Below, one piece after another: positions 18,479-28,264 of a DNA stretch of 64,000 nucleotides. The position numbers and the translations under genes are program-made. Source of the DNA: an uncultured Actinomycetes bacterium (GTDB taxonomy: Bacteria; Actinomycetota; Acidimicrobiia; Acidimicrobiales; CADCSY01); assembly GCA_963839545.1 (NCBI GenBank), contig CAWIVE010000003.1:1058267-1122266 (forward strand), written 5' to 3'. Position 1 is the stretch's first letter, and each line of letters opens with the position of its first letter. The notes under the pieces were generated by a model. It was not told where the DNA came from. It searched no databases and worked only from the letters and a program-made list of their open reading frames with translations.

Positions 18479-19767
18479 ATGCGGAGAACCACGGTCGCGA
18501 TGGTCGTCGTCGTCGGTCTGCTGGCGCTCGCCGCCTGCGGCAACTCGGAGAACGAAGGGTCCGGGAGCGCCGACGAGGCGGGCGGGGGCACCCCGGGGGT
18601 GAGCGACGACGCCATCACGGTGGGCGGCGTGGCCTCGGTGACGAACCCCATCGGCGTCAAGGCGGGGGACGCCTTCGACGGCGCCAAGGCCTACCTCGAC
18701 CGCATCAACGAGGACGGCGGGGTCGACGGGCGCACGATCGAGCTCGTGGCCGAGGAGGACGACAACGCCCAGGCCTCCCGCAACGCCTCGCTGGTGCGAT
18801 CGCTGGTCCAGCAGGAGGGCGTCTTCGCGGTGCTCCCGGTGGCCACGCTGGCGTTCAGCGGCGCCCAGTTCCTGGCCGACGAGCGGGTCCCGACCTTCGG
18901 CTGGAACATCAACACGGAGTGGGAGGGACCGGAGAACCTCTTCGGTGAGAAGGGGTCCTACCTGTGCTTCGACTGCGGGAGCCCGTTCATCCCGTACCTG
19001 GCCGCCCAGGCGGGGCGGAACAAGACCGGCATCATCGCCTACACGGCGGCGCAGTCGGCGGCCTGCGCCGACGGCCAGCGTGCGTCGTACGACCGCTTCG
19101 GCCAGCAGGCCGGTGTCGAGCTCGTCTTCGAGGACAACAGCCTCGGGTTCGGCTTCACCCCGGCGCGCTCGACGGGGACATCCAGGCCATGCGGGAGCGG
19201 GGCGTCCAGTTCCTCGGCACCTGCATCGACGGCGCGGGGAGCGGCCGCCTGGGCGAGGCCATCCAGCGGGCCGGCCTCGACGTCATCCAGTACCTGCCCA
19301 ACGGCTACGACCAGGACATCGTGGACGAGTTCGGCGACGTGCTCGAGGGCAGCTACGTCGGTTCCTTCACGTTCCCCTTCGAGGCCGAGGACCCGCCTGA
19401 GGGCATGGAGCAGTACAAGCAGGACATGGAGGACTCCGGCACCGACGTCAACGAGCTCAGCCTGGCCGGGTGGATCAGCGCCGACCAGTTCGTCGCCGGC
19501 CTGCGGGCGGTGGAGGACTCGGGCGACGAGCTGACCCGCCAGAGCCTGGTCGACGCCGTCAACGCCTTCGACGACTACGACGCCGGCGGCATCCTCCCCG
19601 GCACCGACTGGTCCACCGCCCACGACCAGCTGGATGCCGAGGTGTGCCAGGCCTACCTCAAGATCGAGGGCGGCCAGTTCACCCCGACCATCGGCGAGCC
19701 CGGAAAGCCGTTCGTCTGCTTCGACCCCGAGAACCCCGACTTCGACGCACCGACCATCCGGGGCTGA
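18479..19767 (+). pseudogene. ABC transporter substrate-binding lipoprotein (LivJ/branched-chain amino-acid type), one frameshift
   Basis: It has a signal peptide and lipobox LLALAACG. ORF 18479..19534 reads well up to ...VELVFEDNSLGFGFTPA. It then continues as LDGDIQAMRERGVQFLGTCIDGAG...FVCFDPENPDFDAPTIRG* in ORF 18964..19767. The indel is near 19168. Confidence 0.8.
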
Positions 19768-19776
19768 GGACCTCAC

Positions 19777-21840
19777 GTGGAGGAGGTCCTGCGGTACGCC
19801 ATCCAGGGCGTCCCCGTCGGCTGCATCTACGCCCTCATGGCCGTGGGCCTCGTGCTCACGTTCAAGACCTCCGGCGTGTTCAACCTGGCCTTCGGCGCCC
19901 AGGCCTTCGTCTCCGCCGCCGTCTTCTACCGCACCCACGAGGAGTACGGCTGGCCCCTCGTCCCGGCCTTCGTGGTGGCCGTGGTCATCGTCGGGCCCCT
20001 GCTCGGCTACCTGCTCGACCGCGCCATCTTCCGCCACCTCCGGGGGGCGTCGACGCTGGCCACGCTGGTGTCGTCGCTGGGCCTCCTCGTCGCCATCCCC
20101 GCCGTCGTGCAGCTCTGGTTCGGCACGGGCCGGAAGTTCAACCCGCCCAGCATCGCCCCCGACGCGGGGCACGTCTTCCACTTCGGCGAGTTCTCGCTCA
20201 GCAACGACGAGCTGACGACCATGGTCGCCACGGTCCTCGTGGTGGTGGGCCTCACCGCCCTCTTCCGCTACAGCGCGCTCGGACTGCGGATGAGGGCGGT
20301 GGTCGAGAGCCCGCGGATGGCCGAGCTGGCCGGGGTCAACGCCGACCGGGTGGGGTCGGTGGCGTGGGTCCTGTCGAGCTTCCTGGCCGGGCTGGCCGGC
20401 GTGCTGCTGGCGCCGCTGTACGACAGCGTCGACTCGATCACCTTCACCATCCTGATCGTGGCCGCCACGGCGGCCGCCGCCTTCGGCCGGCTCTCCAGCC
20501 TCCCCCTCACCCTGGCCGGCGGCATCCTCCTCGGGACGGCCCAGCAGGTGCTGGCCGGCTACCTCCCGCTGGACAGCGTCTTCGCCCGGGGCCTGCGGCC
20601 CTCGCTGCCGTTCCTCATGCTCTTCCTCCTGCTGCTTTTCTGGCCGGGGCTGCGCCAGCGCCGGGAGGCGACCGATCCCCTGGCCGGCGTCGACCCGCCA
20701 CCACCGTCGCTGGCCATCACCTACGCCGACCCGCGGGTGGCCCGGCTCAACCGGATCGCGTTCGTGGTGTTCCTCACCGCCGTCTTCGTGGGCGCCCTCT
20801 TCGTGGTGAACGGCTACTGGCTGTTCCTCATCACCCAGGGCCTCGTGTACACGACGATCTTCCTCAGCATCACCGTGCTCACGGGGATGAGCGGGCAGAT
20901 CTCGCTCTGTCCGGCCGTGTTCGCCGGGGTGGGCACGTTCACCGCCGCGCAGCTGGCGGCCGACCACGGCGTCCCCATCCTCTGGGGCATGGTCATCGGC
21001 GCCGTGGTGGCAGCCGCCGTCGGGGTCGTCGTGGCCCTCCCGGCGCTGCGCCTCGGGGGCCTCTACCTCGCGCTGGCGACGCTCGCCTTCGCCCTGATGG
21101 TCGAGAACGTCATCTTCCCGCTGGGCTGGGTCAGCGGGGGCGACGCCGGTGTGGAGGTGCCCCGTCCCGAGATCGGTCCCATCGACTTCGCCGACGATCG
21201 CGCCTTCTTCCTCCTCGCCTTCGCCGTGTTCGCCATCATCGGGACGGCGGTGGTGCTCATCCGCAAGGGCACGACGGGTCGCTACCTGGCTGCCCTCCGG
21301 GGCAGCGAGGTCGCCGCGTCGGCCGTGGGCATCAACCCCGTGCGGGCGAAGATCACGGTCTTCGCGCTCTCGGCCGCCATCGCCGGGGTGGGGGGCACGA
21401 TGCTGGCGTCGCTCCAGGGCTCCGCCTCGATCGAGGAGTACTCCTCGTTCATCGGCCTGTTCTGGATCGTCCTCGTCGTCACCCTCGGCACCCGCACGGT
21501 CGACGGAGCGGTGAACGCCGGCATGGCCTTCATCCTCATGCCGGAGCTCCTCGACCTGCTGGGCGTGTCGTCCTCCCTCCAGGTGCCCGTGCAGTTCGCG
21601 CTGTTCGGGTTCGGTGCCGTCACGTTCGCCAAGAACCCGGAGGGCGTGGTCGAGGCCAACAAGCGCAAGAGCATCCAGGCCATCAGCCGGTGGGTGGTCC
21701 GCCACTTCGGTGAGCCGCCGTCCGCCGAACCCACGCTGGCGACGGGCGCCGGTGAGGTCACCGTGCTCGACGCCCTCGAGTCAGCCGGGTCGGGCGACGC
21801 CGAGGCCCCTGTCGTCGCCGGTCCGGCGTCGCGGCCATGA
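19777..21840 (+). CDS. Fused LivH-LivM type ABC permease (687 aa)
   Basis: Intact ORF starting at GTG. The N-terminal half is LivH-like (VGCIYALMAVGLVLTFKTSGVFNLAFGAQ). The C-terminal half is LivM-like (ITVLTGMSGQISLCPAVFAGVGTFTAAQLA). Confidence 0.85.
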   Translation: MEEVLRYAIQGVPVGCIYALMAVGLVLTFKTSGVFNLAFGAQAFVSAAVFYRTHEEYGWPLVPAFVVAVVIVGPLLGYLLDRAIFRHLRGASTLATLVSSLGLLVAIPAVVQLWFGTGRKFNPPSIAPDAGHVFHFGEFSLSNDELTTMVATVLVVVGLTALFRYSALGLRMRAVVESPRMAELAGVNADRVGSVAWVLSSFLAGLAGVLLAPLYDSVDSITFTILIVAATAAAAFGRLSSLPLTLAGGILLGTAQQVLAGYLPLDSVFARGLRPSLPFLMLFLLLLFWPGLRQRREATDPLAGVDPPPPSLAITYADPRVARLNRIAFVVFLTAVFVGALFVVNGYWLFLITQGLVYTTIFLSITVLTGMSGQISLCPAVFAGVGTFTAAQLAADHGVPILWGMVIGAVVAAAVGVVVALPALRLGGLYLALATLAFALMVENVIFPLGWVSGGDAGVEVPRPEIGPIDFADDRAFFLLAFAVFAIIGTAVVLIRKGTTGRYLAALRGSEVAASAVGINPVRAKITVFALSAAIAGVGGTMLASLQGSASIEEYSSFIGLFWIVLVVTLGTRTVDGAVNAGMAFILMPELLDLLGVSSSLQVPVQFALFGFGAVTFAKNPEGVVEANKRKSIQAISRWVVRHFGEPPSAEPTLATGAGEVTVLDALESAGSGDAEAPVVAGPASRP

Positions 21841-22646
21841 GCGAGCCGCAGGCGAGCGACCAGACCAGCACGGCGGCACGGTCGGAGCTCCTCGAGGCGG
21901 TCGACATCACCAAGCACTTCGGGGGCATCACCGCCCTCGAGGACGTCTCGCTCTCGGTCGGAGCGGGCGAGGCGGTCGGGCTCGTGGGCCCGAACGGCGC
22001 CGGCAAGACGACGCTGTTCAACTGCCTCCTGGGCACCCTCCGCCCGGACAGCGGTCGCATCCGCTTCGACGGCCAGGCCCTCGTCGGGCTCCCCGTCCAC
22101 CGCCGCGCCCGGCTGGGCCTCGGCCGGACGTTCCAGCGCATGGAGCTGTTCTCGGGGATGACGGTGCGCGAGCACCTCGAGGTGGCCGAGCGGGCCCGGC
22201 GGGGCACGGGGCGCCTGTGGAAGGACCTCCTGAACCGGGGCGCGCCGTCGGCCGAGGAGGAGGCCGAGGTCGACGCCGTGCTCGACCTGGTCGGGCTGGC
22301 TCCGGTGGCCGACCGGGCCATCGAGTCCCTGAGCCTCGGCCACGGGCGGCTGGTGGAGCTGGGACGGGCCCTGATGACACGGCCGAAGCTGCTCCTCCTC
22401 GACGAGCCGTCGTCGGGGCTCGACCAGGCCGAGAGCCTCGCCCTGGCCGGGGTCCTCGGCACGGTCCGCCGGGAGCGGGGTACCGCCGTCCTGCTGGTGG
22501 AGCACGACCTGGCGATGGTCGAGCGGGTGGCGGAGCGGCTCTACGTCCTCGACTTCGGGCGCATGCTCGCGTCGGGCGACCGGGACGAGGTCCTGGCCGA
22601 CCCGGCGGTGCGCGAGGCCTACCTCGGCGAGCAGGTGGGCACGTGA
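21837..22646 (+). CDS. ABC transporter ATP-binding protein (LivG-like)
   Basis: Intact 269-aa ORF with GPNGAGKTTLFN and LLLLDEPSSGLD. It overlaps the upstream gene by 4 nt. Confidence 0.9.
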   Translation: MSEPQASDQTSTAARSELLEAVDITKHFGGITALEDVSLSVGAGEAVGLVGPNGAGKTTLFNCLLGTLRPDSGRIRFDGQALVGLPVHRRARLGLGRTFQRMELFSGMTVREHLEVAERARRGTGRLWKDLLNRGAPSAEEEAEVDAVLDLVGLAPVADRAIESLSLGHGRLVELGRALMTRPKLLLLDEPSSGLDQAESLALAGVLGTVRRERGTAVLLVEHDLAMVERVAERLYVLDFGRMLASGDRDEVLADPAVREAYLGEQVGT

Positions 22647-23377
22647 GCGACGGGGCGCGGCCGGGTGGTGCGGCGCTCGAGCTCGACGGGGTGAGCGCCG
22701 CCTACGGCCCGTTCCGGGCGCTCTTCGACGTCTCGTTCACCGTCCCCGAGCGCTCCGTGACCGCGCTCCTCGGTCCGAACGGCGCCGGCAAGACCACGGT
22801 GGCCCGGGTGTGCTCGGGGCTGCTGGCTCCCGCCTCCGGGCGGATACTCCTCGGGGGCGAGGACATCACCGGTCTGGCGGCGTGGCGGGTGGCCCGCCGG
22901 GGGGTCGTCCACGCCGTCGAGGGCCGCTCGGTGTTCGCCTCCCTCACCGTGGAGGAGAACCTGGTCCTGACCTTCCGCCAGGCGCTGGGGCAGAAGGCCG
23001 TGGCCCCGACCCTGGAGCGGGCCTACGGGACGTTCCCCCGGCTGGGGGAGCGGCGTCGCCAGGAGGCGGGCACGCTCTCCGGCGGCGAGCAGCGCATGCT
23101 GTCCCTGGCCCGGGTCCTCGCCGACCCGCCCCGGGTCCTCATCGCCGACGAGCTCTCGCTCGGGCTGGCGCCGATCGTGGTCGACGAGGTCTACAAGGTG
23201 CTCGGCGCCATCCGGGACGCCGGCGCCTCCCTGCTGATCGTGGAGCAGCAGGTGACGCGGGCCCTCGCCCTGGCCGACCACGCGGTCGTGCTCGGGAAGG
23301 GGGCCGTGCAGTACGCCGGGCCCGTCGCCGAGCTCGGCGACGAGGCCGAGCGCCTCATGCCGGGCGCGCCGGCCTGA
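22643..23377 (+). CDS. ABC transporter ATP-binding protein (LivF-like)
   Basis: Tail of ORF 21614..23377 from GTG 22643 (GTGA overlap). GPNGAGKTTVAR, LSGGEQRML, LIADELSLGLAP. Confidence 0.9.
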   Translation: MSDGARPGGAALELDGVSAAYGPFRALFDVSFTVPERSVTALLGPNGAGKTTVARVCSGLLAPASGRILLGGEDITGLAAWRVARRGVVHAVEGRSVFASLTVEENLVLTFRQALGQKAVAPTLERAYGTFPRLGERRRQEAGTLSGGEQRMLSLARVLADPPRVLIADELSLGLAPIVVDEVYKVLGAIRDAGASLLIVEQQVTRALALADHAVVLGKGAVQYAGPVAELGDEAERLMPGAPA

Positions 23378-23398
23378 GCGCCCAGCGTCCCTGGGCGT

Positions 23399-23913
23399 TC
23401 AGCCCTCGCCGGAGGCGATCGCCTCGCACTCGGGCGGCGTGGTGCCCGCCAGGGCGATGAGGTCGCAGAGGGTGGTCTTGCTCACCAGCCACTGGTCGTC
23501 GACCAGCACCGCCGTCCCCGTGCTCGGCAACACCGGTTGGCCGCTGAGCAGGACCTGGAACTCGACGTTGGCGGTGCCGTCGTCGTTCAGCGTCACGTTG
23601 TCCACCTGGGCGGTGGCCTGCGAGGCCTGCTCGCCGAGGATCTGCGCCTGCTGCTCGACGAGCGGTTGCAGCTCGTCGCCGTCCTCCAGGTAGGTGACCC
23701 GTTCGGACAGGGCAGCGCGTTGTTGAAGAACGCCTCCCAGTTCGTGGTGATCTCCTCCGTGGCGGCCTGCTCGTCGACCGAGGTGGTCGTCGACTCCTCC
23801 GTGGTGGTCGTGGCCGCGTCGTCGTCGCCCCCGTCGTCGTCGTCGCCGCCGCACCCCGCCGCGATGAGCGCCACCACGACCGTGGCGAGGACGAGCCGTC
23901 GTCCACTCCGCAT
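23399..23913 (-). pseudogene. Small secreted lipoprotein of unknown function, one frameshift
   Basis: ORF 23593..23913 reads MRSGRRLVLATVVVALIAAGCGGDDDDGGDDDAATTTTEESTTTSVDEQAATEEITTNWEAFFNNA, with lipobox IAAGC. It continues as LSERVTYLEDGDELQPLVEQQAQILGEQASQATAQVDNVTLNDDGTANVEFQVLLSGQPVL...CEAIASGEG* in ORF 23399..23854. The indel is near 23705. Confidence 0.7.
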
Positions 23914-23929
23914 GTTGTCCCCCCGATAG

Positions 23930-23945
23930 CTGACGTCGGTGTCAG
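23930..23945 (-). promoter_or_regulatory. Operator-like site (site 6)
   Basis: Reads CTGACACCGACGTCAG on the minus strand, 16 nt upstream of the lipoprotein ATG (23913). Confidence 0.55.
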
Positions 23946-23946
23946 C

Positions 23947-24613
23947 TTAGACCTTCGACCGGCGCGCCGCCCGGAGGCGGGGGACGGGCCCGCCGAAGAG
24001 CCCGGCGTACGTCACCTCCGCGAGGAGATCGACCACCTGCTCCGTCGGCACCTGGATCTGCCCGGACAACAGGTAGTAGTTGAAGCGCTCGACCATGGCG
24101 ACCACGGCCATGCTGCTGACCGTCGGGTCCACACCGTCGTCCGTCGGGCGACGGACCCGTGCCCCGAACGTCGTGGCGACCTCGCCGAGCAGCTCGGTCC
24201 CGAGGCGACCGACCGCGGTGTCCCCGACCTCGGCCTCGGTCCAGGCACGGATGATGGGGCCGTGGCGCTCGCCGAGGGCCACGAACCGCCCGACCCAGTC
24301 CCGCAGCTCCCGAAGTCCGCCGCGCCGTCGGCTCGATGGCGCCGAGCTCGTCGGTGAGGGCGCGCATCTCGTCGACCACGTCCAGCGCCAGCGCCCGGAA
24401 GAGGTCCTCCTTGCTGGCGAAGTACAGGTAGAAGGTCCCGTGCGACGTCCGCGCGTGACGGACGATCTCGTCGACCCGGGCGGCGTGGTAGCCGGAGGTG
24501 GTGAACACCTCGACGCCGGCGTCGAGGAGTCGGCGCACGGTGCGCTGTCCGCGGGCCCGCAGCGCCCGCCCCTCCGCCGGCGAGCCGGAGCGGAGGGGGC
24601 GCTCCGGGGTCAG
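23947..24613 (-). pseudogene. TetR family regulator (paralogue of 30681..31375 and 52477..53748), one frameshift, non-canonical start position
   Basis: ...RALRARGQRTVRRLLDAGVEVFTTSGYHAARVDEIVRHARTSHGTFYLYFASKEDLFRAL...LGAIEP. An extra base near 24300 shifts the frame, after which it continues LRELRDWVGRFVALGERHGPIIRAWTE...MVERFNYYLLSG...RSKV*. The only codon in the usual NTGA overlap position with the upstream stop is CTG (24613-24611). Confidence 0.7.
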
Positions 24614-25244
24614 AGCCCGTTCTCCCGCATGTACCTGTAGACGTTGGCGAAGTCCTCGTTCACCTTGTCGGGCAGGGCGTGGGTGGACCCCGAGGAGGCG
24701 GGCCCCCCACACGATCTCGGCGGTGCGCTCGACCACGCCGGCGGCGTGGAGCGCCTTCTCCGGGCGTGGCGCCGATGGTGACCATCCCGTGGTTGGCGAG
24801 GAGCACGGCGCTGCGGTCCCCGAGCCTCGAGGCGACCTCGTCGCCGAGCTCGTCCGTGCCGGTGGTGCGGTAGTCGCACACGGGCACGTCGCCCCCGACG
24901 TGGACCACCACCTCCTCGATGGCGGCCGGCACCGGCTCGCGCACGACGGCGAACATGGTGGCGAAGCGGGCGTGGGAGTGGATGACGCCACCCACCTCGG
25001 GGAAGGCCCGGTAGCAGGCGAGGTGCAACGCCTTCTCGCTCGTCGGGCCCCGCTCGCCCTCGACGACGTTGCCCTCGAGGTCGAGCACGACGAGGTCGTC
25101 CAGGGTCATCGTCTCGTAGGGGATGGACGACGGCGTGACGCAGACGGTGCCGTCCTCCATGCGCCCGGACACGTTTCCCGAGGTGCCCTCCACCAGTCCC
25201 TTCTGCAGCAGCTCCTTGGCCGTCGCCAGCACCCGTTCCCTCAC
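24610..25244 (-). pseudogene. Class II aldolase/adducin-family protein, two frameshifts near the 3' end
   Basis: VRERVLATAKELLQKGLVEGTSGNVSGRMEDGTVCVTPSSIPYETMTLDDLVVLDLEGN...GGVIHSHARFATMFAVV...LLANHGMVTIGATP. It continues as EKALHAAGVVERTAEIVWGARLLG in a second frame and STHALPDKVNEDFANVYRYMRENGL* in a third. Indels lie near 24760 and 24680. Confidence 0.8.
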
Positions 25245-26233
25245 GCCAGCACCTCCGGGTTGACGATGTGGTGCGGCCGCTCGCCGGCCAGCAGGCGCAC
25301 GACGTCGTCGGCCAGGAGCCGCGAGTGGTTCGCCTCGGTGTCGAACGTGGCCCCGCCGACGTGGGGGGTGAGCACCACGTCGTCGCGTCCCACGAGGGGC
25401 GAGTCGAGGGGGAGGGCCTCGCCCTCGAAGTGGTCGAGCCCGGCGCCGCCCAGGTGCCCGGACTCGAGCGCCGCCACCAGCGCGTCCACGTCGTGGAGCG
25501 CGGCCCGGGCCGTGTTCAGGTAGACCGCCCCGGGCTTCATCCGCTCGAACTGCTCGGCGCCCATCATCCCCGCCGTCTCGGGGGTGACGGCGGCGTGCAT
25601 CGACACCACGTCGGCCTCGGCGAGCAGCTCGTCGAGCGAGGAGGTGGCGTCGTCGGCGTAGGGATCGAACGCGAGGACGCGCAGGCCGAGGCCCTCGAGC
25701 CGCCAGCGGAGGGCGCGCCCGACGGCGCCGAGGCCCACGAGCCCCGCCGTGCGGCCGGCCACCTGCCACGCCCGGAAGCGCTGGTAGGGGATCGAGCCGT
25801 CGCGGAACACCTCGCCCTTGCGGACGTCGGCGTCGGCGGGGAGCAGCCGGCGGGTGACGGCCAGCAGGAGCGCGACGGCCAGCTCGGCCACCCCGTCGGC
25901 GTTGCGCCCCGGTGCCCGCAGCACGGGGATGCCCTTCCTGGTGGCGCCCTCGACGTCGACGTTGGTGGGATCGCCCCGGGCCGAGCCGATGGCCAGGAGC
26001 GGGAGCTCGAGCACCGGGCCGGCGCACCGGTCGGCCTCGCACAGCACCAGGGTGGCGCCCTCCTCCTCGATGCGCCGGGCCAGGGCCTCGCCGTCGTAGA
26101 GGCGCAGGGGTTGGTGGTCGATCCAGGGGTCGAGGACGACGTCGGCCACCGACTCCAGGGTGGTCAGGCCCTCCCCCCGGAACGGCGCCGTCACCAGGGC
26201 GACAGGACGACCGTCCTCAGCGTTAGCTGACAC
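25241..26233 (-). CDS. D-isomer-specific 2-hydroxyacid dehydrogenase (PGDH-like)
   Basis: Intact 330-aa ORF with the GLVGLGAVGRAL NAD motif and LTPHVGGAT. Its GTG start (26231-26233) lies inside operator site 7. The stop overlaps the next gene as GTGA. Confidence 0.9.
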   Translation of the reverse strand: MSANAEDGRPVALVTAPFRGEGLTTLESVADVVLDPWIDHQPLRLYDGEALARRIEEEGATLVLCEADRCAGPVLELPLLAIGSARGDPTNVDVEGATRKGIPVLRAPGRNADGVAELAVALLLAVTRRLLPADADVRKGEVFRDGSIPYQRFRAWQVAGRTAGLVGLGAVGRALRWRLEGLGLRVLAFDPYADDATSSLDELLAEADVVSMHAAVTPETAGMMGAEQFERMKPGAVYLNTARAALHDVDALVAALESGHLGGAGLDHFEGEALPLDSPLVGRDDVVLTPHVGGATFDTEANHSRLLADDVVRLLAGERPHHIVNPEVLA

Positions 26234-26242
26234 CGGCGTCAG
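26227..26242 (+). promoter_or_regulatory. Operator-like site (site 7)
   Basis: CTGACACCGGCGTCAG fills most of the 23-bp divergent gap. A TAGAGT -10-like hexamer (26245-26250) follows, with ATG 26257 six nt later (leaderless layout). Confidence 0.6.
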
Positions 26243-26256
26243 TGTAGAGTCAGGAC

Positions 26257-27519
26257 ATGCCGCCCGAGGCCGTTCCCTGGGTCGCTGACGTCGGATCCGA
26301 CGACGACCCCTTCGAGGAGTTCAACCGGGCCATGGGGTCCGGTCGGATCGAGAACCCCTACCCCGACTTCGTCGAGCTGCGACGCGACGGGGGGGTGGTC
26401 GCCGCCGACGTGCGCCAGCTGATGGGCCTGGACGACGACGCCCCGGTCGACCACCTCGACATGCCCGACATCTTCACCGTGTCGACGTACGAGGCCCTGT
26501 GCGCCGTCCTGCGCGACGGCAGGACGTTCTCGTCGACCGGCTACGAGGAGGTCATGGGCCCGGTCCTCGGCCACACCATCCTGATGATGGACGAGCCGGA
26601 GCACCACGCCTACCGGAACGTGCTGAAGCAGGTCTTCAGCCGCAAGGCCATGGCGCACTGGGAGACGGAGATCGTCGCCCCCGTCGTCAACGCCTACATC
26701 GACGAGTTCGTCGACGCCGGCCGGGCCGACCTCGTCCGGCAGCTCACCCTGCCGTTCCCGATGACGGTGATCGCCGATCTGCTCGGCCTGCCCCGGGCCG
26801 ACCTCAACCGGTTCCACCGCCTGGGCATCGAGCTCATCGGCGTGAGCATCAACTGGGAGCGGGGCCTGGCCGCGTCGCAGAAGCTGCGGGACTACTTCGC
26901 CGTCATCCTCGAGGAACGACGGGTCTCGCCGGCGGACGACGTCATCAGCGTGCTGGCCGAGGCCGAGCACGAGGGCCTGCGGCTGACCGACGAGGAGATC
27001 TTCTCGTTCCTCCGCCTCCTCCTCCCCGCCGGGGCCGAGACGACGTACCGCTCGTCGAGCAACCTGCTCGTCGGCCTCCTGAGCTCGCCGGACCAGCTCG
27101 AGGCGGTCCGGGCCGATCGCTCGCTCGTGCCGCAGGCCATCGAGGAGGGGTTGCGCTGGGAGCCCCCGCTGCTCACGATCATGCGCACGGTGTCCCGCGA
27201 CACCGAGCTCGAGGGCGTCCACCTCCCCAAGGACGCGGTGGTCGTCGTGAACCTCGGGTCGGCCAACCACGACGAGTCCCGTTGGGACCAGCCCGAGCGC
27301 TTCGACATCTTCCGGCCGCCGCAGCAGAACCTCGCCTTCGCCTTCGGGCCCCACCTGTGCCTCGGCATGCACCTGGCCCGCATGGAGACGGCGGTGCTCC
27401 TCAACGCCGTCCTCGACCGCCTGCCCGGGTTGCGGCTCGACCCCGAGGCCGGCCCGCCGGCCATCACCGGCATGACCTTCCGGGCCCCGGCCGCCATCCC
27501 GGTGGTGTTCGACACCTAG
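26257..27519 (+). CDS. Cytochrome P450
   Basis: Intact 420-aa ORF with heme loop FAFGPHLCLGMHLAR. Confidence 0.9.
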   Translation: MPPEAVPWVADVGSDDDPFEEFNRAMGSGRIENPYPDFVELRRDGGVVAADVRQLMGLDDDAPVDHLDMPDIFTVSTYEALCAVLRDGRTFSSTGYEEVMGPVLGHTILMMDEPEHHAYRNVLKQVFSRKAMAHWETEIVAPVVNAYIDEFVDAGRADLVRQLTLPFPMTVIADLLGLPRADLNRFHRLGIELIGVSINWERGLAASQKLRDYFAVILEERRVSPADDVISVLAEAEHEGLRLTDEEIFSFLRLLLPAGAETTYRSSSNLLVGLLSSPDQLEAVRADRSLVPQAIEEGLRWEPPLLTIMRTVSRDTELEGVHLPKDAVVVVNLGSANHDESRWDQPERFDIFRPPQQNLAFAFGPHLCLGMHLARMETAVLLNAVLDRLPGLRLDPEAGPPAITGMTFRAPAAIPVVFDT

Positions 27520-27526
27520 GCCAAGC

Positions 27527-28264
27527 TCAGTCCCGACCGCCGCTCTGGCGGAGGTGGGCTGCCGCCGCCTCGGCCGCCGCGACCGCCGCCGCCTGCGCGT
27601 CGCGGCCGAGCCGCACGAAGCGCGGGATGCGGTGCGGGTGGGTGAGCAGGAACCGGATCCCCACCCACGCCCGGGGGCTGCCGTCCGGGTTCACCATGGT
27701 CATCACGACGGGGCCGAGCGAGCTGTCGCCGGCCATGTCGCTGATGGCCCGGAAGGCGAGCCACGGGATGCCACGCCGCTGGCAGACCCGGGCCACGGCC
27801 GCGGTCTCCATGTCGAGGGCCGTGTACCCCTGGTCCCGCAGGCGGGCCACGTCGCCGTCGTCGAGGCCGTAGTCGTCGGCACCGCCCATGCGGATGACGC
27901 CCTCCAGCGCCACGTCGCCCACCGGGGTGGCCCGGAACCGCTCCCCGGTGTCGTTGTCGACGACCTCCTCGGGGACGATCAGGTCGCCCACCGCCGAGAC
28001 CGCCTCCAGCCCCCCGGCGATGCCGACCACGATCACCCGGTCGACCTCATTGGCCCGGAGCAGCTCCTCGGTGGCCGCCTCGGCGAGCGCGGGCCCGATG
28101 CCGGTCCGCGTGGCGACCACCTCGGCCCCCTCGAAGGTCCCCGTGTAGACGGGCATGCCGCCGCGCTCGCCGGTCCGCCGCAGCCCGAGCTTCTCGACCA
28201 CGGGCCGGAGCTCGTTCGGCATCGGGGCGATGATCGCCACCCGGGTGGGGCCGCCCTCGGTCAT
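27527..28264 (-). CDS. Nucleoside phosphorylase/nucleosidase family protein (PNP_UDP_1, MTAN/HpnG-like)
   Basis: Tail of ORF 27527..30868 from ATG 28264, which overlaps the sulfatase stop as ATGA. MTEGGPTRVAIIAPMPNELRP...VVGIAGGL...ALDMETAAVARVC...FRAISDMAGD. Confidence 0.8.
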   Translation of the reverse strand: MTEGGPTRVAIIAPMPNELRPVVEKLGLRRTGERGGMPVYTGTFEGAEVVATRTGIGPALAEAATEELLRANEVDRVIVVGIAGGLEAVSAVGDLIVPEEVVDNDTGERFRATPVGDVALEGVIRMGGADDYGLDDGDVARLRDQGYTALDMETAAVARVCQRRGIPWLAFRAISDMAGDSSLGPVVMTMVNPDGSPRAWVGIRFLLTHPHRIPRFVRLGRDAQAAAVAAAEAAAAHLRQSGGRD

